Shown in pieces: positions 57,909 to 64,000 of a stretch of 64,000 nt of DNA. This stretch comes from Gammaproteobacteria bacterium (lineage in GTDB: Bacteria; Pseudomonadota; Gammaproteobacteria; JASBUN01). The notes under the pieces were generated by a model. The model was not told the DNA's origin. It saw nothing but the letters and a program-made list of their open reading frames with translations, and did not search any database. The stretch lies in contig JARRNJ010000007.1 in NCBI GenBank assembly GCA_037385045.1, forward strand, positions 7,717 through 71,716, written 5' to 3'. The first letter of the stretch is position 1. Each line of letters opens with the position of its first letter. The translations under genes and the position numbers were made by a program.

Positions 57909-58529
57909 CTACCCATCCTTTGGCTGGAGTGACTCGCCGAGCACCGGCAGCAGGTCGGCCAGCAACCCGGCAGCGTTGCGCACGTTGAGTTTGCGCATCA
58001 GGCTGGTGCGGTGCGCTTCCACGGTCTTGATGCTGATTCCCAGCTCGGCCGCAATGACTTTGTTGACCTGACCGCGAAGAATACGCCGTGCCACCTCACG
58101 CTCGCGGGCCGTGAGCAGCTCGAATCGGCAGCGGACCGCTCGCCGGCGCATGGCCTCCGGCCATTCCTTGCGGCTGTGCTCCAACTGTGTCTGAACCAGG
58201 TCCAATACGTCCTGATCGCGAAACGGCTTCTGAAGGAAATCGACGGCGCCCGCGCGCATGCCTTCCACCGCCGTGCGTATGTCCCCATGGGCGCTCATCA
58301 GAATCGCGGAAACCGGCGCATCCATGTCGCGTAGCCGTTGCTGCAGCGCAATGCCGTTGATTCCGGGCATCCGGACGTCCAACGGTTCCCATTCGCTCAG
58401 GAATTCCGTGCCGGTGGCAAACGACTGGGTTCGCAGACCGACGGAATGCAGGAGCGCAGCGAGGGAATCCCGCACCGCGTCGTCATCGTCCACGATCACT
58501 ACAGTTTCGGCACCGCAAGAATCACACAT
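57909..58529 (-). CDS. FixJ/LuxR-family response regulator
   Basis: Receiver domain (VVIVDDDDAVRDSL..LDVRMPGINGIAL..MSAHGD..DFLQKPF) and LuxR HTH (LTAREREVARRILRGQVNKVIAAELGISIKTVEAHR). Start overlaps the kinase stop by 8 nt. Confidence 0.85.
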   Translation of the reverse strand: MCDSCGAETVVIVDDDDAVRDSLAALLHSVGLRTQSFATGTEFLSEWEPLDVRMPGINGIALQQRLRDMDAPVSAILMSAHGDIRTAVEGMRAGAVDFLQKPFRDQDVLDLVQTQLEHSRKEWPEAMRRRAVRCRFELLTAREREVARRILRGQVNKVIAAELGISIKTVEAHRTSLMRKLNVRNAAGLLADLLPVLGESLQPKDG

Positions 58530-59808
58530 CGTTCCGGGTCCCCGCAGGCATGGTGAAATGAAATACCGCTCCTCTGGGCGCGTTGGGCTCGGCCCACAAC
58601 TTGCCGCCATGCGCCTCAATGATCGCCTGACTCAGCGCCAATCCCAATCCCAGCCCTTCGGACTTGGTGGTGAAGAACGGCTTGAACATCTGCTTTTGAA
58701 CATCGGCGGTGAACCCGGGGCCGTTGTCGGCGATTGATACCTGGATAAACTCCGGGTTCGGGGAGGAAGCGCGGACCGCAATGTGCCCATCGGTAAGTCC
58801 GGCGCCCTGTATGGCGTCCGATGCGTTCATGAGCAGATTGACGAACACCTGCTGGATCTCCGAGGGATCGGCCAACGCGGGGCCGGCGGTGTCCACCTGG
58901 CAGTCCACCCTGGCGCCGCTCCCGCTCAGCACCCCGGCGACCGTCTGCAGCGCTTCGCCGGCCGCGTCGTGCAGGTCAACCAGGCTGCGCTCGGGGCGTT
59001 GTCGGGCCAGCCCGCGGATGTGCTGCAGGATGTCCGCGGCCCGGTGGGCCTGGGCTTCGAGCTTGGTCACCAATTCGAGCGGCTCCGAGTCATCGGGCAG
59101 GATGCCTTGCAAGGTACGCCGCAACGCCTGCGCGTAAGTGGCAATGGCACTGAGCGGTTGCCCGACCTCATGGGCGATCCCGGCGGACACCTCCCCCACG
59201 GTGCTCAGCCGTGCCGCTCGCAACAGCGACTCCTGCTGCTCCTTCACCTGTTCCTGCAGCCGTTGTTCGGTGGAGATGTCCAGAACGGCAATGAGGCATT
59301 CACTCAGTTGAGGATCTTCCGGGGCGTATGGGATACCAATCAGGCGCGTGGGAATGCCTCCTGACGTCTCGCAGCGCAGGCGGAAATCCGCCACACGACG
59401 CCGATTGTTCGACAACAGGTCGAAGAGGTAGTCATGAAAGCGCTCGGCGTCCGGCGCATCCACCAATTCTGCGAACGGACGACCGATCAGCGCCGAGGCG
59501 TCGGTCCAGAGAATGGCGGCTCCGGTAAGATTCAGGTCCTGCACGCAGCCATCGTTTCCCAGCACGAAATAACCGACCGGCGCCAGTTCGAATAAGGCTT
59601 TGAAGCGATCGCGCTCTTGCTCCAGTTCGCCGTGAGCGCTGCTCAGCTTGCGGTTTTGCGCCTCCAGGTCACGGATATAGGCGATGCGCTGGCGTAGCAG
59701 CGCGGTTCCGGAAAAGGTCCGCGGCGTATCGACGGCGGCCAACTCGTGTTCGAGCCGCGTCAACAATTCATGGTCGGAGAGTTCTTCGGGCCGTTGCGGG
59801 AGCTTCAT
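58522..59808 (-). CDS. PAS-domain sensor histidine kinase (FixL-like)
   Basis: PAS region (APVGYFVLGNDGCVQDLNLTGAAIL), H-box AGIAHEVGQPL, N/G boxes (NLLMNASDA, DNGPGF, GLGLGLALSQ). Start uncertain: 59808, or 59931 on the ORF track. Confidence 0.8.
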   Translation of the reverse strand: MKLPQRPEELSDHELLTRLEHELAAVDTPRTFSGTALLRQRIAYIRDLEAQNRKLSSAHGELEQERDRFKALFELAPVGYFVLGNDGCVQDLNLTGAAILWTDASALIGRPFAELVDAPDAERFHDYLFDLLSNNRRRVADFRLRCETSGGIPTRLIGIPYAPEDPQLSECLIAVLDISTEQRLQEQVKEQQESLLRAARLSTVGEVSAGIAHEVGQPLSAIATYAQALRRTLQGILPDDSEPLELVTKLEAQAHRAADILQHIRGLARQRPERSLVDLHDAAGEALQTVAGVLSGSGARVDCQVDTAGPALADPSEIQQVFVNLLMNASDAIQGAGLTDGHIAVRASSPNPEFIQVSIADNGPGFTADVQKQMFKPFFTTKSEGLGLGLALSQAIIEAHGGKLWAEPNAPRGAVFHFTMPAGTRNDV

Positions 59809-60389
59809 TTGAGCCCCGGAGTTAGGAGGGATCGCGCGCCCGGAAGATTGGAGGCGTATCCGTCGGTCGCCAGTGCAACAGCAGCCTGCGCCCGCCATAC
59901 CATTGGCGCGGGCCCGGGTCGCCGGCACCACGGTGGGGTCATTGCCGCCTCACGGATAGCCCGTGCAAACTGAGACAGCACCGGTTATCACCTCCCTGCT
60001 TCCTATGCGACATCGCCTGATTCAGTTACGTCCCATGGGCGTCCCTGACCCGCTCCCTGGGTTAAATATACGGCCCTGGCACGAGGTTTGTCTAGAACGC
60101 GGGTTACACCCCGGGGATCCGGTTTGACCGTCGGGCACGAGTGGATTGCGGCGCCTGGCATGCCATGGGGGCGCTGCGGCGGAAGCGGCGGGTGCTGCCG
60201 CGAAGTCGGGGACACCGTGCTACCACGTCAGGCAGCGACGGCGTATGCGCCGCGCCCGGCGCGTCGAGGCGGGGTGGCGGCGCCAACGAGGCGGAACCTG
60301 CGGGCAGTCACCGCTGCTCGGGCGCGTTGGAGCGGACGGATCCGGGGCCCGCTGCCGCAGCCCCGGCGCCGGAGCCTCGGCCGTGCGAT

Positions 60390-61271
60390 TCAGAGCAATT
60401 CACCGCGTAAGGTGGGAACAACGTGTCCACCCACGCGTATTTCGCCACGCCCATTCCGGTTTTGCGCCTTCAGCATGATCAACGACGGACGCCCGATCTC
60501 GTAACCCTGCTCGATACGAACCGACAAGTCCGTCGTCGCGAGGAGCCGATGTTCCAATAGATAGGACCCGAGAAACGCGGCCCCGTTGCCCGTCGCGGGA
60601 TCTTCGCGCACGCCGTGCGCTTCGAAATAGAAACGTGCACTCAGGTCATTGCGGGGATCGCGAGCCTGCGTGCAAAACGCGTAGACCAGTGGCGGAAACC
60701 CGTCCGCTGCAAGACCGGAAAAGGCCGCCGGGTCCGGACGACTGCGAGCCAGGGCGTCCAGGGAGCGCAACGGGACCATCATGGCCGACGTGCCGGCCGA
60801 AATCACCCGCACAGGGGAATCGGTCGATACATCCTCGGGCGAAAGCCGCAGTGCAGCGGCCACCCTTTTACTGTCACACCCGGGCCCTGACGCCGTCGCC
60901 GGTGCCAGAAACCAGACCACCTCCTTGCCATCGCCGGCAAGTTCAAAGGTGACCGCAACCTGACCGACGGCGAGGTTGAGCCGTACCGTTCCGGAATCCG
61001 GGGCCAAGTGGCGGCGTATGATCCACGCCGTACCGAGGATCGGATGGCCGGCGAAAGCGATCTCGCGCGCCGGGGTGAAAATCCGCACGTGATATCCGCC
61101 ATCGTGCTCAGGCACCGGGGCGCAGAACGTTGTCTCGGAAAAATTGATCTCCGCGGCGATCTGTTGCATGACATCATCAGGCACAGGACCGTCGCTGAGG
61201 ACGACCGCCAACGGGTTGCCGGTATAGGGCCTGTCCGCGAACACATCAACCATATACACTCGGCGCGCCAT
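60390..61271 (-). CDS. PhzF-family isomerase-like protein
   Basis: VDVFADRPYTGNPLAVVL, INFSETTFC, FAGHPILGTAW, and the duplicated-domain layout typical of PhzF. Confidence 0.85.
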   Translation of the reverse strand: MARRVYMVDVFADRPYTGNPLAVVLSDGPVPDDVMQQIAAEINFSETTFCAPVPEHDGGYHVRIFTPAREIAFAGHPILGTAWIIRRHLAPDSGTVRLNLAVGQVAVTFELAGDGKEVVWFLAPATASGPGCDSKRVAAALRLSPEDVSTDSPVRVISAGTSAMMVPLRSLDALARSRPDPAAFSGLAADGFPPLVYAFCTQARDPRNDLSARFYFEAHGVREDPATGNGAAFLGSYLLEHRLLATTDLSVRIEQGYEIGRPSLIMLKAQNRNGRGEIRVGGHVVPTLRGELL

Positions 61272-61376
61272 CCTGTTTCATCCCCGTTGTTTGTCTACAG
61301 CCAATACGCCGCTGGAAGCCTATGGGACGAACTCGGTACCGGCTGCCTGCGTCGGGACTGCCGATGAGCGGATTGT

Positions 61377-62351
61377 CTAAGTCGTGTGTCGACTCGGATT
61401 CAGCCGGGAGGCTCCCGGTGCAGGCGGCCGCGGTGCGGCAGACCGCTGAGGCTGGTCCGGCGACGCCGGCGCAGCGACGGGCGGACGGTCCGCGAGAAAA
61501 TTCCGGACCACCTCTGCGGTCTGTTGCGGGAACTCCTCGTAAAATGACAGCTTGCCGTACAGCATTCGCACCGTAACGACGTTCGGTACCCTGGCCAAGG
61601 CTTCCATTTCCAACCGTGATTTGCGCGGCGCGCGTTGGGAGAAGACGTTCAGTATCGGCAAACCGACATCCCGGGCCGCACGCGTCTGCTCCTCCCCGCT
61701 TGGAAAGGGGTCGAGACGCCCGGTTACGAAGCGGGCCGACCCATGACGGGCTCCACGCGCACGGGTAACAGCCAGTTTTTCCTGCAACCGAGCGCCCGCA
61801 AGCCACGCACGATTGGCGTAGACGTGTCCGCGGGCCATCATCCCGATCACGGCCCGGTTGACATTAAGTCCGTAGAGCAGACGGCCCAGCAGCGGAAGAT
61901 CGAAACCGTGCGCCATGCTGTCGAACAGCTTGTAATCCCGCCCGACCATGGTTGGCAACGGTCCGCGCCACGTCGGGGAGAGGAAAACAAGCCGCTCGCC
62001 GGCGGCCTCTTGGCGTGTGAAGTGCCTGAGTACGTAGCCGGTTGCGTGGCCGGCCGCCACGATGCCAAACGGATTTGCCGCAACGTGCGAAAGAAGATGC
62101 CGCAGGAACGCTGTGTAGATCGCCGGCCGCCAATGAATGTAAGGCTTCGGCTGGTCGCCGAATCCCGGCCAGTCGACGGCCACGGTGGAAAACGACGGAG
62201 CGAGTTGTTCTTGCAGGCCGTGTAGCTCGTACCGCGTGGAAATCGAACTCAGTGCCGGCAGCAACAGAAGAGTCGGCCCGGTGCCAGCTCGGGTGATGCC
62301 GATTCCGAGGTCATGGCCGTCGCAGCACCAGGTTATCGTTTCATGGTCCAT
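61377..62351 (-). CDS. alpha/beta-hydrolase-fold protein with Ala at the nucleophile position
   Basis: LLLLPALSSIS..VAVDWPGFGDQ..FGIVAAGHATGYVL. The nucleophile elbow reads G-H-A-T-G instead of G-x-S-x-G. Confidence 0.65.
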   Translation of the reverse strand: MDHETITWCCDGHDLGIGITRAGTGPTLLLLPALSSISTRYELHGLQEQLAPSFSTVAVDWPGFGDQPKPYIHWRPAIYTAFLRHLLSHVAANPFGIVAAGHATGYVLRHFTRQEAAGERLVFLSPTWRGPLPTMVGRDYKLFDSMAHGFDLPLLGRLLYGLNVNRAVIGMMARGHVYANRAWLAGARLQEKLAVTRARGARHGSARFVTGRLDPFPSGEEQTRAARDVGLPILNVFSQRAPRKSRLEMEALARVPNVVTVRMLYGKLSFYEEFPQQTAEVVRNFLADRPPVAAPASPDQPQRSAAPRPPAPGASRLNPSRHTT

Positions 62352-62517
62352 GTGTGCGCCTTCGCTCGCCTCTCGTCAAAGGGAGTGCATTGCGGTTCAA
62401 TTATTCCCACCGCGGCCGCCCGCCGCTCCAGTGCCTGCCATGCAGCAGGGGAATCGCCCACACGGAAACAGCCGCCTCCCGTTGCCCAAGCGTCCCGTGT
62501 CCGGGCCGCCGATCCAC

Positions 62518-63297
62518 TTAAACCGATTGCTGGGCCCGCAAGCGTCTTCCCAGGTGTTCGCCGATAAGGGAAATCCAGTGAAGGCCTTCCTGTGTTCCCG
62601 GTTGCTTGGCCACGCCCCACAGCCCGGTTGCGCCGCCCTTGGCAGGCGAAGCCTGCGCCAGGTCCTGCCCGGCGGCCACCAAGGCGTCGGCAAGCGCGAT
62701 CACGATCGCGCGCGATTCGCTATGCTCGAGCACTCCCAGGATACGCAGTACGCCCTCGTTGCGCGCAAGCCGGTCAACCAACGCAATCCCCTCCGAAAAA
62801 ACCACTGCCAGGCGGCTGATGATGTCCTCACTGAGGGCGTCCACCGCGGAGGACAGCACCCCGGCGACGTTGACCATGCGATCCAGATCACCGTTTTCGA
62901 CGAGCTTTCTGATCGCCGGCAGCGCGTGGCCTACGCCACTTCGGTTAACGCGATCCAGCAGGTCCAGGCCTTCGGATATCGTCGTCGACAGTCGGGCGAC
63001 GATATCATCGGACAACGAGTCCTGGACCGAAGCCATCAAACGCATAAGCTCGAGCATACGCGGGAGTTCGTCGCCACTGACCATTTGGGCCAATACCGGC
63101 AATCCCCGGTCGATGCCGCTGCGATTCAGGCGGTCGAGCAGCGCCATGCCCTCGCTGAGCGCCGAGGAAAGGCGTTCGATCATCTCGTCGGACGTCGCGT
63201 CCTTTGCCGCCGACAGCAGGTCGATCATCTCGGAAAAGCTGTCTGTCGTCGCGGCGTCCAGAGCCAGCGAAGTCTGCGATGTGTCGTTGTCCGTCAA
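62518..63297 (-). CDS. DUF1641-like protein built of three tandem ~60-aa repeats
   Basis: Repeats ..SDEMIERLSSALSEGMALLDRLNRSGI.., ..SDDIVARLSTTISEGLDLLDRVNRSGV.., ..SEDIISRLAVVFSEGIALVDRLARNEG... Directly downstream of an SQR-like flavoprotein gene, the usual DUF1641 context. Confidence 0.55.
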   Translation of the reverse strand: MTDNDTSQTSLALDAATTDSFSEMIDLLSAAKDATSDEMIERLSSALSEGMALLDRLNRSGIDRGLPVLAQMVSGDELPRMLELMRLMASVQDSLSDDIVARLSTTISEGLDLLDRVNRSGVGHALPAIRKLVENGDLDRMVNVAGVLSSAVDALSEDIISRLAVVFSEGIALVDRLARNEGVLRILGVLEHSESRAIVIALADALVAAGQDLAQASPAKGGATGLWGVAKQPGTQEGLHWISLIGEHLGRRLRAQQSV

Positions 63298-63309
63298 GAT
63301 CGTTTCTCC

Positions 63310-64000
63310 TCAGAGCAAACCGCGCACCGTGGTCCAATACATCTGGTTATACGCCTTTTTGAACCAGTGAATCGACTTTGACGGCGGCCTCAGGTCGGGA
63401 AGATTGACGTAATCGAACGAGTTGTAGGTAGCGCGATCGAAACCCGCTTCGATGAAGCAGTATACCCTGCCGTCATACTGCCGCACCGGAAGCCCGGTCT
63501 TGATCATCGACGCAATGTTTTCAGCGACGACTTCCGATTCGTAGTGGGCCGCCGATCCGGTTTTGCTGACCGGAACATTGGTCGCATCGCCAATCACATA
63601 TACGTTGTCGCGGCCGTCCATGGTCAACTTGAACCGGTCGGTCGGGATCCAGCCGCCCTGCCCCATGCCGTTTTCCTCAATGGTTTCCATGCCGCGGTGG
63701 GGCGGGATCGCGATCAGCAGGTCATATGGGAGTTCAGTACCCTCTTCGCTGTAGACAATCTTTTTTTCGGGATCGATCTCCCGGACATTGAACAGAGTCT
63801 CGTACTCGATGCCGGCCTTGTCGAATTCCGGCTTGGCCCAGCGGGCGACGTTGGCCGTGGCGTGGACATGGTTGACGGGGTATTGATAACGCAGGGTCAC
63901 CTTGTCGCGTATCCCTCGCGCCTTGAAAAAGTCGTGCAGCATGAACATGGCCTCGACCGGCGCCACCGGGCACTTGTGCGGAATGGATACCACCATCGCT
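63310..64000 (-). CDS. FAD-dependent pyridine-nucleotide-disulfide oxidoreductase, sulfide:quinone oxidoreductase-like (C-terminal part; gene continues beyond window)
   Basis: IPHKCPVAPVEAMFML, VYVIGDATNVPVSKTGSAAHYE, and the typical SQR-family C-terminus. The ORF is open to base 64000. Confidence 0.75.
   Translation of the reverse strand, partial: AMVVSIPHKCPVAPVEAMFMLHDFFKARGIRDKVTLRYQYPVNHVHATANVARWAKPEFDKAGIEYETLFNVREIDPEKKIVYSEEGTELPYDLLIAIPPHRGMETIEENGMGQGGWIPTDRFKLTMDGRDNVYVIGDATNVPVSKTGSAAHYESEVVAENIASMIKTGLPVRQYDGRVYCFIEAGFDRATYNSFDYVNLPDLRPPSKSIHWFKKAYNQMYWTTVRGLL

Noticed and set aside
57900-57909. tRNA T-loop-like decamer ggttcgagtc just downstream of the response-regulator gene (possible tRNA or att remnant)
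   Set aside because: The flanking sequence cannot form a T-stem, an acceptor stem or the other tRNA arms. It is an isolated 10-mer, most likely a chance occurrence.
60077-60091. tggcacgaggtttgt resembling a sigma-54 -24/-12 element
   Set aside because: The -12 dinucleotide is GT, not GC. There is also no plus-strand gene downstream, since phzF is on the opposite strand.

Overview
GC-rich (by eye, not computed) bacterial chromosomal segment, densely coded and most consistent with a sulfur/arsenite-metabolising proteobacterium (inference only). No rRNA, tRNA, CRISPR array, transposase or integrase was seen. Gene content in order: (1) TatD fragment. (2) A minus-strand beta-oxidation operon (YiiX-like, fadE, fadI, fadJ, fadD-like, yciA). 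Its fadD-like gene is frameshifted by a perfect 13-bp tandem duplication, which creates an artificial 776-aa ORF fused to yciA. (3) Class-V aminotransferase, a lipoprotein and a GntR regulator. (4) A coherent organosulfonate (sulfoacetate-type) catabolic island: tctABC uptake, CoA-acylating aldehyde dehydrogenase, AMP-ligase, sulfoacetaldehyde acetyltransferase Xsc, Usp, acetate kinase and a TauE/SafE sulfite exporter. (5) Group-III truncated globin, an RND pump with a degraded adaptor, and Rrf2 and LysR regulators. (6) An isolated dsrA-dsrB-CBS-dsrC-like module whose DsrC-like protein lacks the penultimate Cys; no dsrEFH or dsrMKJOP is in the window. (7) Crp/Fnr regulator and a B12-binding radical SAM enzyme. 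(8) An ECF sigma / zinc anti-sigma / small membrane protein module bracketed by a 26-bp identical repeat. (9) An arsenite oxidase island (moeA, moaB, aioA, aioB | moaA, aioX, aioS, aioR) with a candidate sigma-54 promoter and two GTTAC-N6-GTAAC sites, followed by arsR, an ArsP-like permease and a thioredoxin-like gene behind a 36-bp palindromic operator. (10) A four-gene ABC/MFP/OMP efflux system, pncA, a FixLJ-like two-component pair, phzF, an alpha/beta-fold protein, a DUF1641-like repeat protein and a partial SQR-like flavoprotein. The most interesting hypothesis is the physical linkage of a sulfite-releasing Xsc pathway (with AckA instead of Pta) to an orphan dsrAB module. All functions come from reading the translations; no database search was run.
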